NCBI RefSeq assembly: GCF_032191835.1
Contig: NC_083237.1
Coordinates: 7,812,001 to 7,876,000 of the forward strand
DNA: 64,000 nt
Source of the DNA: Heteronotia binoei
Taxonomy: Eukaryota
Direction: 5' to 3'
The notes beneath the pieces were generated by a model that saw only the letters and a list, made by a program, of their open reading frames with translations, made no database searches and was not told the origin of the DNA. Below are positions 1-12,878 of the stretch, in pieces (positions within the stretch are counted from its first letter, which is position 1; each line of letters opens with the position of its first letter). The position numbers were made by a program, and so were the translations under genes.

Positions 1-32
1 CTCACCCTCCTCATTCTTCTGAACATCCTCTG
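1..32 (-). CDS. G1 last (zinc-finger) exon, 5' start only; continues beyond the window's left edge
   Basis: Acceptor ttttattccag|CAGAGGATGTTCAGAAGAATGAGGAG (phase 1, AEDVQKNEE..), paralogous to ZF-exon starts at 12878, 33157, 43566 and 59182. Confidence 0.75.
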
Positions 33-529
33 CTGGAATAAAAAGAGTGCTTCCATTAGCACCTGAGACGGCAAGTAAAATCCAAATACAAGTATGTGAT
101 TGCTGTAGGAAAGGACTGATGGCCCTTTGGCCTCATCCAGTGTGACTGATCATAACTAACACCCCCCCCCCCTCAGAATATCCAGTATTTAAGGATACAA
201 CAGCCCTGATGAACCACAGCTGAACTCCTCTCTAGATGGAGCTTCTGAGCCTCCAGATTCCAGGCCCTAGAAGACCTCCGTCCCTCCTCACCCTGTGGGC
301 TTTATAATTCTTCCAAACTAACAGCTGCTTAGAAGCAAAGGAGAAATTCTGAATGGCTGTTTCTTCCCAGTTCCCTTGACACAACTGGGAAGGACACCCA
401 CTCTCAGCCGGCTCATTTCGGAAGGAAATATGCTTTTGGAAGCCTCAAGAAACTCTCCAGCTTTCTTTGGATTCAAGACCATTGTTGGTCTCTCTGATTT
501 CTGGTTTCTTTTGCATGGGGTTGGGGGGT

Positions 530-886
530 GAACATAAGAAACACCATGTTGGATCAGGCCAATGGCCCATCCAGTCCAACACTCTGTGTCACACAGTGGC
601 CAAAAAACCACATGCCATCAGGAGGTCCATCAGTGAGGCCAGGACACTAGAAACCCTCCCACTGTTATCCCCCCCCCCCAAGCACCAAGAATACAGAGCA
701 TCACTTGCCCCAGACAGAGAGTTCCATCAATACCCTGTGGCTAATAGGCACCGATGGAAGTCTGCTCTATAAGTTTATCCAACCCCTCTTGAATCTGTCT
801 ATGAATGTAGCTATTAACACCTCCTGTGGCAGTGAATTCCATCTGTTAATCACCCTTTAGGCGAAGAAGTGCTTCCTTTTATCTGT
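530..886 (-). mobile_element. CR1-type LINE 3' fragment
   Basis: (TTCTTATG)-type tail; same family at 40410-40710 and 50626-51100. Confidence 0.75.
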
Positions 887-1358
887 GGGATTCATATGGA
901 GAAGGAAAGTTATCTAAGCAAAAATAACTGTTTTGAAAGGACAGAACCACAGTCAAGATCAAGGCCCGTAGTCTGAACCTGTACGAGGGACACGGATGCA
1001 GACAAGATCTCAGTCAGAGTGGATGTTTGGAATCCCATCCAGGGGGAAGGGTGTGTTGTAACGGTTGGCAGCAGAGAATCTAAGATCTGCCCGTTACAGA
1101 GTCTTTCTGATGGTCTCTCATCTCCACCTTTACTCAGGCCAGGACACCCTCTCTGGCTTGTGTGAGGGCCACAACACTGGCCTCCATTGCTCCTGGGCAA
1201 GCAGAAGGTCAGGTATCAAACTATGTATTGCTATTCAGTATTTTGATTCATGCCTCATCCCAATGGTGGCTATTCACACCTTAGGCATTACTTCCCTGTA
1301 CAGAGCTCCACAATGCAGAGAAGGAAAGAGTTGTGAAGTTTGAAGGGACGGTTCAGGT

Positions 1359-1551
1359 AAGGGTGCCAACCTCCCAGGGGGCCTAGGAGATGTCCCAGAA
1401 TTCGAACTGATCTTCAGGTGAAAGAGATCAATTCTCCTACAGGGCGGACTCCATGGCAGTATACTCCCTCTCAAACCTCTCCAGGCCTATGATTCTCCCC
1501 CCCGCATCCCCCAGTCTTCAGGTATATCCTGCCCCAGACTTGGCAGCTCTA
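1359..1551. mobile_element. MITE (AGGGT(T)GCCAAC-type termini); paralogous copy at 60718-60914
   Basis: Terminal inverted repeats ggtgccaac/ttggcagc; same junction context in G1 and G5. Confidence 0.6.
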
Positions 1552-1671
1552 GACAGCTGACCAGAAATGTTGCAAACAAGAAGCAGTGAGGAGGGAGGGG
1601 GTTAAAAAAATGCATTTGTAACTGAGCAGAGTCTTGGGAAGGCAAACTGACATTCCCAAGCTGGCAGTCCT

Positions 1672-2304
1672 TTTTTTTTTTTTTTTTAATGTCCAAAAAC
1701 TTTTTTATTGAATTTAGTAAACATACAAATAAAGCAATCAATGACTGTATCTGCAATCATTCTTTGTGTATAAGCATAGCATACCAGCAGAAAACAGAAT
1801 ATATATATATACACAAAATACAAACAAAACAACACATACATACATTCACACATACATACATACTTGGCAGCTGAATTAAAAAATAAGTACTCTGTCCATA
1901 TGTTAATTACATCAAATTAATAATGTCATAATATCTACCAGGAATACATGTACGCATCTGATCTACAGGACTAAAAGAAAATTTAAGAAATGGAAGCCAC
2001 TTGTACATCAGAGAATTGTTACCTTCTGAATTATTTATATTGCATAAACTATCTGCTATCTTGTCCATAGCATAGACCTCCCAGATTTTAGCATACCAGG
2101 CTTTAACTGGAGGAATATTGGGAGATTTCCAAAATTGGGCTAACACCATTTTAGCAGCAGCTAGTAAAAGGGATATCAGGGATTTATTGAGAGAAGTAAT
2201 AGAAATACCTTTCCAACAGTCAAGCAAAATGAGTTCCAATCTTAAGGGTAAACTATAGCCCGTGATATCCTTGATTTTTGCCACAATTACTGCCCAAAAC
2301 GACT
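1672..2304 (-). mobile_element. 5'-truncated L1/Tx1-like LINE with poly(A) tail and 12-bp TSD
   Basis: ORF2 C-terminal-like ORF 1907..2284; T-tract at 1671-1687; GCTGGCAGTCCT at 1660-1671 and 2305-2316. Confidence 0.8.
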
Positions 2305-2397
2305 GCTGGCAGTCCTCAGTGAGGCCGTCCGCTGGAAGGACCTACCTGCTGCTCAACCCATTTGCATGGGACAGGTTGTTTCTAAAATGGATATTGG

Positions 2398-2580
2398 CAG
2401 GGCTTTTTTTTGCAGCAGGAACACTTTTGCCTATTAGGCCACACCCCCCTGATGTAGCCAATCCTCCTGGCGCTCACGGTAGGCCCTGCACTAAGAGCCC
2501 TGTAAGCTCCAGGAGGACTGGCTACATCAGGGGTGCATGGCCTAATAGACAAAGGAGTTCCTGCTGCAAAAAAAGCCCTG
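2398..2580. mobile_element. Palindromic hAT-type MITE (CAGGGCTTTTTTTG TIR)
   Basis: TIRs; 8-bp TSD GATATTGG/GATACTGG. Confidence 0.8.
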
Positions 2581-2869
2581 GATACTGGTCTTCCGTCGGA
2601 ACCCCTCCCTCTCCCATGACACCATGAGACAAATGCTGTAGCTATGAAACTGAGTTTTAGTTTTTATTTATTTTCGTCCTTTTAGAACCCTGTTTTTCCT
2701 TCAAGGAACTAAGGGATACGTATGCAGGTCTCACCTCCTCTATTCTGCCCTCCCTTTGAGGTAGGCTATTCATTTAATTTAATTCAATTTATATCCCGCC
2801 CTCCCCACTCCCCGAAGCAGGCTCAGGGCAGTGAACAAGGGCAATAGGCATAAACTAAAACATTAAAGG

Positions 2870-3052
2870 AAAAAGACAGAAGGCAACCGAAGAAGGGGAC
2901 GGCAAAAAATGAGATGGCTGGACAGCATTACTGATGTAACTAACATGAATTTGAGCGGACTTCAGAGGATGGTGGAAGACAGGAGGGCCTGGCGTGACAT
3001 GGTCCATGGGGGTCGCAAAGAGTCGGACTCGACTCTACGACTGAATGACAAA
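2870..3052 (+). mobile_element. BovB LINE 3' end fragment
   Basis: GATGGCTGGACAGC..GGAGGGCCTGGCGTG..GTCCATGGGGGTCGCAAAGAGTCGGAC motif, shared with 23015-24187. Confidence 0.75.
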
Positions 3053-3299
3053 ATTATAATATCAAAAGTGCTGAATTAGTGATGGCAGTGCCGCAAATCT
3101 TCGTGTCTTAAACATTCATATCCTCCAGACACAGATTGGATCAAAGGACCAGGCTCCAGGGGGACCAGTTCAATCTGGTAAAGGCTAGGATGAGAGGGTG
3201 GCTTGCCCACCCTCGTCCTGCAGTCAGGTGTTTGAATGTGGCTCTCCCAGAGCCTCTCCCTGCCCGCTGACCACTACAACACACACTCTCCCCCAGATT

Positions 3300-3660
3300 G
3301 TAAGTGAAATATGAGCAGTCAGTGTGATGCAGGGGCAAAAAAGGCTACTGCAGTCTTAGGGCGTATCAACAGAGGCAGAACATCCAAATCACAAGTCCTG
3401 CTATAAGGTGCATTGGTTAGACTACTCAGAGTACTATATGCAGTTCTGGAGGCCTCATCTCAAAAAGGATGTAGACAGAACTGAACAGGTGCAGAGGAGG
3501 CTGCCCAAGATGTTCAGAGGCCTGGAGATCAAACCCTAGGAAGAACACCTGATGGACTTGGGAATGTTCAGTCTGGAGAAAGGTTGAGGGGGGGCACAAT
3601 TGCTCTCTTTATGTATCTGAAGCTGTCACTTAAGAGGAGGGGAGGAAGCTGCTCCTATTG
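3300..3660 (+). mobile_element. CR1 LINE fragment, orthologous to 15860-16200 in G2
   Basis: CR1 RT C-terminal-like sequence; aligns by eye with the G2 intron copy. Confidence 0.65.
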
Positions 3661-4211
3661 GCAGCAGAGGACATTTTGGGAAGGAAGGAAATCCTCCCTT
3701 GTAATCCTCTTGAGAAGCTCTCCCACTCTTCTTCAGATTCAGGGCTTTTCCCTGTCTCCCCCAAAGTCTCTCTAACATTTTTTTGTTCTTTGGCAGAGAA
3801 ATGGAGAGAGAAAAAGTGATCATTCTTATACTGGGGAGAAAAGAAATCCAAGCAAGAAGACACATTCTTCTGGAAGGACAGAAACTTGGTCAAGATCCAA
3901 GGCCACAATCCCAAGCAGTATAAGGGGGATGAATCCATTCCAGATCAGAATCGGGGCATATAACAGGAATCCCATCCAGGGGGAAGGGTTTGTTGTAAAG
4001 GCTGGCAACAGAGAGTTTAGGATCTGGCCCCTTTCCAGAGTCTTTCTGACAGTCCCCACCTTTGTCTCAGGCCAGAACACCCTCTCTGGCTTGGGTGATG
4101 GCCAAAACTAGCCTCGGTTGCCCTGAGGAAGTAGAGGAGCCGGCCTGAAAAGGATATATTACTGTTCAATATTTTGATTCATGTATCATCAGTTCACACT
4201 ATTGGTGGCTA

Positions 4212-4568
<357 letters not shown>

Positions 4569-4572
4569 TTAC

Positions 4573-4625
4573 CTGGGTTGGAGGTGCAGGAACCATTTCC
4601 ACACTCAAAATCATCTCTCCACTGC
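4573..4625 (-). CDS. G1 linker exon (GSGEMILSVEMVPAPPTQ)
   Basis: 53 bp, aacag acceptor and CAG|gtaagg donor; phase 1 to 0 joins exon 3 to KRAB-A; paralog at 17107-17177. Confidence 0.8.
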
Positions 4626-5676
4626 CTGTTAGTGAGACAAAGAAGGAAGGAAGGGTGTTTGCCTCGCCTTCCTATTCCATTTGCTTGTTTGTTCCTTCCT
4701 TCACTCACCCCCCCCCCCCTTCTCAGGGGTGTAAAACCTCACCTTGTGTATACTCAACGATTTTAAACACTCTTTGCAAGATTGTAGGAGTGGCAGAGGA
4801 GAAGGACCAGTTAGAAATGCTTCCAATGTATTTCATACTTCTGTGAGACTTGAAATGTGCCCTTTGAACTTTGGAATGCAAAAGCTTACAGCATCCCTGC
4901 TGGATCAGACTAAAAGTCCAGGCATGATGTTCTCCAGCCAGAAGAGACCTCCCATGAGGCCTTGAGCCTAGGCTGGTGGGAGAAAAAGAGGGGGCTGGAT
5001 ATGATGTCATGACATGTTACCATCCCATTTGGTCCAAAACAGAGATGTGACTGGAGAGCAACTGGAAACTGAATGAGTTTTCAGAGGCTCTTTTTTCATG
5101 CTAACGTCACAACTAGATTTTTCAGGAAGATGGAAATGTCAGTATGACATCACATCCCCTCCAAGCCCCTCCCAAAAACTCCTGGGGGTGCCAGTCCACA
5201 GCTTGCCAACCCTACGCCAGCATCCTATTTCCCACAATGGCTCATCAGAAGTCCCTTGACACATAGGCAGAGAAGCCAAATTTCCCCCATTATTATTGGT
5301 CCCTAGAAAGTGGTTTTCAGAGTTATGCTGCCCCAGAAGGTGGAGGCTCCATTTATTCACCAGGCTGAATAGCTCCACCCAGGTTTGCCTACCTTTTCTT
5401 TTTTGAGTTACCTGGAGTTCCTCTTAGGAAAGGAGGGTGAGATATTAACATTTTAGTTAATGTGAGGAACTGCTCTCCATGAATTTACCTAAACCTCTTT
5501 GAAAGACATCACAATTAATGAACATTGAGTTCATTCTTGTGTTGTGTGAAGGAATATTTATTTTATTGGATTTATATCCCGGCCTCCCCACTGAAGCAGT
5601 CTTTTCCTGACTTGAACTCTCCACCCATCACGTTCACAGTGTGCCGCAACTGCATCCAGCCACAATGAGACCTTAC

Positions 5677-5791
5677 CACAGGAGAGGGCATCTTGGGCAC
5701 GCTCCATGGCTTGTGCACTCTGCCCTTGCTCTAAGGAAGCTGCTTCTGCCTCAGGGAATGCATCTTCTGTCTTCACCGATGGTGCCCACGT
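5677..5791 (-). CDS. G1 exon 3 (TWAPSVKTEDAFPEAE...DALSC-G)
   Basis: 115 bp, tttcag acceptor and G|gtaagg donor; same length in all paralogs; open frame. Confidence 0.85.
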
Positions 5792-6067
5792 CTGAAACAG
5801 CAGCGAGGGAGAGGGGTAAGAGATGGCATGAACAGACCAAGCAATAGATCCTGCCCCACTCCCAGACTCTTCACCCTTCTATGAGTAGACTTGCTGAATT
5901 ATCTGGAGGGATAAGAAATTCTGTAGAAGAAGAGGCTGCTGAAAGGAGCCTGTTAAATGTCCCACATGAATGATTTAACACTTGGGAGAAATGTCTGTCA
6001 AGGAAAACATTAAGAGAAGATCTGATATTGTTGCTTGAATTGGACACTACTGGAAAATGCCCCTCAC

Positions 6068-6490
6068 CTGTTCTGCCTGCCTCTTCTCCTCTGCCTGGCT
6101 CAGGAGGAAACCTTCGGCCAGGGCCACCGCCTGGGAACTGGTCTCTGGCCCACACCCTCTGACCCAGGACTGCATCTCCGGGGGCAGGATGACCAGGAAC
6201 TGCTCCAGGATCACCAGGTCCAAGATCTGCTTCTTTGTGCACCTCTCTGGCTTCAGCCAGTGGTTGCAAAGTGCATGGAGCTGGCTGCAAACTTCCCGGG
6301 GCCCATCAGCCATGTGGTACTGGAACAGCCGGAAGCGTTGGCAATGCAGATCTGAAGTTACGGTGTCCTTAGCCAGGATCTCTGGCACAGCTCTTTCCCA
6401 GAAATCAACATCACTCCCAGCTTGGAGGAGAAGGGGGCCTTTGCTTGCTGTCCTGCCAGTTCCAGGTCCTTCTGGGTGTTGTTCTTCCAT
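6068..6490 (-). CDS. G1 SCAN-domain exon (ZKSCAN-like SCAN-KRAB-C2H2 gene)
   Basis: [80 protein letters not shown] is a SCAN domain; strong Kozak GAGATGG; CAG|gtgagg donor; acceptor at 6521-6522. Confidence 0.93.
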
Positions 6491-8262
6491 CTCCTCCCCC
6501 TTCTCTTGGGTCAAGTCTAACTGTTAAATGATGCCTTTTCTCAAGTGGTTGTGTAGGGAGGCTTTGCCTGGGGGAGGGGGACAGAAAGGCAGCAACTTGT
6601 CACAAGGAAAACAGAAGAGAATGGAGATCCACCACTGAGCATCACAAACCTTCACATGCTCAGGAGACTCATGAGAATTGCCCTGGTGGATCAGAACAAA
6701 AGTCTTTGCAGAAGTGGTTTAAAACCATTTTGCTGTATTACATACCGAGGTATTTTAGATATGCTACCATGATTCTTTGGGAAAACGAAGGGTCTCTGTT
6801 GAGGGCTTAGCCTCTCGTTAGTTTTGCTGTCTGTTCTGGGGGCTAATTCTGAAGATAGTGGAGCCCCCAAAGGACGAACTGGTGACACCTTATCCATTGT
6901 ATGTATCTTTTCAGCAGGCCTGAGGAAGGGAAGGGGCAGGAAAGTGAGCATATGAAGGAGCAGCTGAGATTGGGAGAGAAAAGCAGAGAGGCTTCTGCTG
7001 AGATTTGGCTCAAGAATCCTGATCTGGAGAAATGCTCCCGCTGGGCATCTGATGTGGGGTGATGGACCTTCTGCTGTGGGAATTCCTGTGGCTTCTCCCT
7101 TGATTGGCTCTGCCAGTATCTATGTCATTAAAACAAATTCTAAGACGACACCAGATGTTTCCAGGGCTTTCTCCTTCCAATGGGAACCAACCCAGGTAAA
7201 CAGTATCCCTTGGAACATCTTATCTTGGTAAGAAGCAGGGTGAATATACAGTATACCCAAGAAGAGGATCTTGTTCCACATGTGGGCGGCAGAAGGCTGA
7301 TCCCAGGGTGGGTGGCCACATCTGCATGCCCTGCCCCTCTCTACCTGCCAGAGGGGAGTAGCCCTCATGCTGCAATTGGTGGGCATTGGTGGTGTTTCCA
7401 CGATCTTTGCTGGCACTGCCAGCAAATTGGCACCTTCACAAAGGTGCTTTTCCACTCTGGGCGGGTCCAGGGCTGTAGCCAAGACCAACAGCAGGATTTG
7501 TTGTTTGGAAGGGGTTTTTTTGGGGGGGGTACCTAGTAAACTGCCTTGTAAATTGCACTGTAAACTGCCTTGAATTCCACAAGCTAACTCTTCCCTCCCC
7601 CCCCCCCCCCCCGACCTTTGCTCTGCATGCTGTGCTAAGGGGAGAGAAAAAACCAGCAGCAATGCTACTATTTGTTCAGAGTGGTGGTGAGCAAAGGGGA
7701 CAGATTAGGGGCCCTCCAATGGAGAGGCCATACAGTTGGAAGGTTTTTTTTTTTTTTTTTAAAGAATGGGCCTGTCCCCCCCCCCCCCGGAGTTTCAGCC
7801 GGGTGGGGCTTGGACACCACCTGGCAGCCCCGGTCCCATACTGGGAAGGCATCAGGATCTTAGGATGGGGCTGGGGTTGGTTCCAATGTGAGCAGGAGTT
7901 CCCTTTCTCCAGCCCCTTTCTTTCTCATCTCCCTCCCCCACCCCCCCATAAGACAACCTTTTCCTTTTTTGTAGATTACATTGACCAGCAGAAGAACAGC
8001 AGTTTCGTACATTTAACTTTTCTTGCACTGAAGACACTGATTCTCCCAGAACTACAGCCGCAGAAAATCGCCCTATTCCCCCCCCCCCCGTTCCCATCTC
8101 AAGTTCCGCTCCCCCGTCCCCAAACTTGGTTTTTCCCAGAATGAACCCTCCACCTCCAATGTCCAGCAATTTGCCGTCCGGGAGTTGGCAACCTGGCCCA
8201 GCCTTTCCCCCACCCCGAAGTTCCCAGATCTGAAATCGGATCCTTCACCCCCAATGCCTTAC

Positions 8263-8570
8263 TTCTACGTAGACCTTCCCGGGATCTGGCTGCAGGGCTT
8301 CCCCTATCCTCTTCCCCACTTCAGAAGTGAACCCTTCTGCCCAGCCTCTTTCCCATCTCCCTTCCCCCCCCCTCCTCTCTAGCAAATGGCTCTCTCACTT
8401 TAACCCTTTCGCGGCTGCAGACAGCTGCAAAACGCGTCCGGTCTTCTTCCCCAGGAGGAGCTCCAGCCAGGTTGCCTCCGGCCGCGACTCGTGCAATTCA
8501 GTGGGGCTGCTCTGGAGTAACTCTGCGTGGGATCGCGCTCCCCAGGAATCCCAGGTCATTCAGCCAGCTC
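8263..8570 (-). promoter_or_regulatory. G1 putative non-coding exon 1 / CpG-rich promoter
   Basis: CpG-enriched; donor AGAA|gtaagg conserved at the equivalent site in G2, G3 and G4; 5' end approximate. Confidence 0.55.
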
Positions 8571-11079
8571 TGGGAAAAGAGGTTCTCCGCGTTCCTTATT
8601 TCCATGTCCTCGTTCCTTATTCACTCACCTTGCTTGAAGGGGAGGCGGTTACTATGCTATTTTTATTTTAATAGCCGGTGGAGAGAAAAAGCAGGACTTA
8701 AAAGTGCAACCAGCAAGTGCCCGTCTGGGAGTTTTTGCAAGTTCTGTAGAAGGGAAGAGACGGAGCTCGGATTCCTCCAGAGGAGGCTGGATTTGGACCC
8801 CTCCCCCACCCTGGCACCAGGACATACTAAAACGAATGACAAGATTGCCCGTAGGAAACAATGGGAGAGGTTGGATTGCCCATTGGATATAATGGGAGAC
8901 AAGATTGCCAACTGACTTGCATGGGCTCCCCCCCCTCCGCCATTCAAACCCAGAACACCTGTCCCAGTCCCTGGCAATCTGCCCTTCCCCTGGCAACCCC
9001 ATTCCAGGACACTTATAGGTTGTGTTGACTTTCCTGGAAAATCCATTCCAGATTTTTATTGAAGCTGTTTTTTGTTCTTCATTGTATTTCAATGGAGCCC
9101 ATGCAAGTCAAATCCTCCTGTGTGTAGTGCATAATGGATAGCAGGTACTCATGGTTTTATAAGGAACTGAAGTAGGATGTTCTCCAGAACCATTTCCATT
9201 AAGATACAGGAGAAACTTCATGTTAAAAATAACTGAAAGTCTGCCATCTCCTGATTTTGATTCAGATTTGCACTAGAACATGCACAGAATGCCAGATACA
9301 TTTAAAATAAACTATAGACATAGAACATATTTGCATTAACTCTGATCACAGAACCTGTCTTAAAATATATGAAATAGCACTTTTCTATGAGCTATAGGCC
9401 TAGTGATTTGGGGAACAAGGAAAAAAATAGTTTATTGGAATCTTTGCTAAGCGCATTGCATATCACAAGGCCCTTTTCTCTAGCAAGAATATGTTATCAT
9501 CATGTTCTCTAAACATATTCTAAGAGAAAGTAAACATTCTCCCTATCTCCGTTGACATATCACAAAACCCAGGTGAGGATGTGAGCATCCTTGGGAATCC
9601 CAGATGTGACTGATGACAATGAGGTGTTTGTGTTTCAAATGTGCTTTGTTCTCTTCTGAAGGAAATCACAAGCTGTTGTTCTTCAAAAAACTGCAGGCAA
9701 ACTGATTTACATTTAAGCTGCATCTCTTTAGAGATCCAGATTCACCCATCCTCCCTTCTCTCAAGGGAGAGAAGTTGTGGATGGTGGGGGAGCTGGGAAC
9801 ATCCCCTGCATGGTGCAGAAAGTGAGAAAAGGAGAGAAGGGCAAAAACATATTTTGTATGACAGGCAGGGGACTTCTTCCCCACAGTGTTCTTTGATTCA
9901 CAAGAACTAAAATGAAGCAATGACTGGCCAGAAGGTCAGCCAGGCCAATACAGCAGTAGCCAACTTGTTAAGCAGGTGACTGTTCCCACTGGGCATGGCT
10001 TCCTCAGCCCCCTCACCCTTTACAGAAGGGTGACCAAATGGGAGCTGCAGGCATGCATGTGTGCCCGACAAGCATTACCCAAAGGCAACTTGCGAGTTTG
10101 TGCAAATTAGCTTGGAGACAGAGCGAGAGAAGGGTACCTGGGATCTCCACACCTCTGCAGAAGGGGACCATCCCTATGAGAACTCTCAGAAATAATCAGG
10201 CGTTCTTTATGGGAACCTTTGGAAAACGGTTTTTATTGTAATAACAACAAAAAAAACCAGGACAAATCAAGGGTGCACACAGCATACACATACATGAGCT
10301 AACTAGGGAAATCAGGGAGGAAAGGGGATAGCATTGTAGGGATGGGTAATATTTACTGGTCTTGAAGAGGTCCATGGAAGCAGCAAGTTGAAGAGGAAAC
10401 AGACAGCATTTTGAGAAGTGAGAGAGTGGCCCCACATGCAAAAGGGTGGTGAGAAAACACACACACAGCACACACTCTTTACTGGGGAAGCATGGTGACA
10501 TATTTATAGGGCAAAAGGTATGCTGAGACAAGTTTACTCACTGCTAGAGGACAACACACTGATCATTCAACTGGAGGCAGACATAGGGATGGCAGAATTT
10601 TGCAGGCACTACAAGCCCCAGGCAAGAAGGGTAATAGGGAAGGTGAACAGACCTCAGCATTTGCTTGAGTGGCACTTAATGAAGGATAAGTGTATGTATT
10701 TATTTATTTAACTTCTATCTGCCCTATCCAATGGTGGGATCAGGGCAGCTAACAACATAAGGGAAGTCCGACTTGGGTGCTGAAGGTATTATTTAATAAA
10801 TCCTGGGAGAGCTATTGTTCTGAGCCATGCATGTCTCCACGGTGAGGAGGTGAAAGTAGCTTCTCTCCTTCACACTTTGAAACTGCTTTCTCAGGTCACT
10901 GCCTGTACAGTTTGGCGCTTTAAATCTTTTCAGTAGTTTGTATGGCCTGTGGTTGTCTTTTAGGTGTGAAATAAGAAAAAAACTCTCTTCACAGGCTAAG
11001 CAGTTACATGGCTTCTCCTTGTTTTGGTCTTTGATGGTTTTGAAAGTCATGCTGAATGCATCTCTTTCCACATTCAGAG

Positions 11080-11700
<621 letters not shown>

Positions 11701-12878
11701 TCAAAAGGTTTCTCCCGTGTGAGTTCTTTGATGTTTCCGAAGATGGCTACTCTGACTGAATCTCTTCCCACACTTTGAGCACTCAAAAGGTTTCTCTCCT
11801 GTGTGGGTTCTTTGATGCCGTTGAAGCTTGCTACTCTGACTGAATCTCTTCCCACAGTTTGAGCACTCAAAAGGTTTCTCCCCTGTGTGGGTTCTTTCAT
11901 GCAGCTGAAGCTTGCTACTCTGACTGAATCTCTTCCCACACTCTGAGCACTCAAAAGGTTTCTTCCCTGTGTGGGTGCTTTGGTGCTGTTGAAGATTGTT
12001 ACTCCGACTGAATCTCTTCCCACACTCTGAGCACTCAAAAGGTTTCTTCCCTGTGTGGGTGCTTTGGTGCTGTTGAAGATTGTTACTTCGACTGAATCTC
12101 TTTCCACACACTGAACATTCAAAAGGTTTCTCCCCTGTGTGGGTTCTTTGATGCCAGTGAAGACTGTCACGCAGACTGAATCTCTTTCCACATTCTGAGC
12201 ACTCAAAAGGTTTCTCCCCTGTGTGGGTACTCTGATGCTTCTGAAGATTACTACTCTGACTGAATCTCCTCCCGCACTCTGAGCACGCAAAAGGTTTCTC
12301 CCCTGTGTGAGTTCTTTGATGCCGTCGAAGAGTGCCACTTCGACTGAATTTCTTCCCACACTCTGAGCATTCAAAACGTTTCTCCCCTGGGTGGGTTCTT
12401 TGATGCTGGTGACAATTTTCACTGTGACTGAATCTCTTCTCAGACTCTAAGCATGCAAAGATTGTCTCCCTTGTATGTGTTCTTTGGTGCTGCAGAAGAT
12501 GGTCACGCCTAATACATTTTTTTCCACATTCCAAGCATTCAAATAATTTCTCTGCTCTGTGGATTTTTTGATGGTTTTCAAGAGTGCCCCTCAAACTGAA
12601 TTTCTGTCCCTGGAAATGGACATTACCTTGGGTTTGATCCGAAAAGTTCATTCTATGTTTTGAGCACTTGTCCATTTCCTTCCCCATGTGAATGACTTTT
12701 TGGAAATCCCTCCCATGGCAAGGAATAGTTTTATTTCTCTTCTTGACTGTTTGCCTGCCTTTCTGCCTCTTTAGCCTGCCTTGATTCCAGAAGCTTCCTT
12801 TCAGGTCTTCCTTTTTAACATTCTCTGGTGACTGCTGATGAACTTCCTCCCTTTTCTCATACTTCTGATCATCCTCTG
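11701..12878 (-). CDS. G2 zinc-finger exon: 9 canonical + 1 degenerate C2H2 fingers
   Basis: ORF 11701..12930 with CxxC..HxxxH and TGEKPFE linkers; phase-1 acceptor ttccag|CAGAGG matches the KRAB-A exon phase; ends TGETF*. Confidence 0.93.

Noticed and set aside
4860-4980. Possible extra exon (GSRPHGRSLLAGEHHAW..) with a pyrimidine tract
   Set aside because: The acceptor phase gives an immediate stop or varies among paralogs, the donor is weak, and the gene is in frame without it
6035-6527. Plus-strand ORFs opposite the SCAN exons (also 18539-18883, 34865-35279, 63463-63995)
   Set aside because: Antisense shadows of GC-rich coding exons with no independent motif, and not conserved in length across paralogs
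7595-7615. Long C/G homopolymer runs throughout the window as G-quadruplex signals
   Set aside because: Mostly inside MITEs or introns, length-unstable and error-prone in assemblies; no positional pattern
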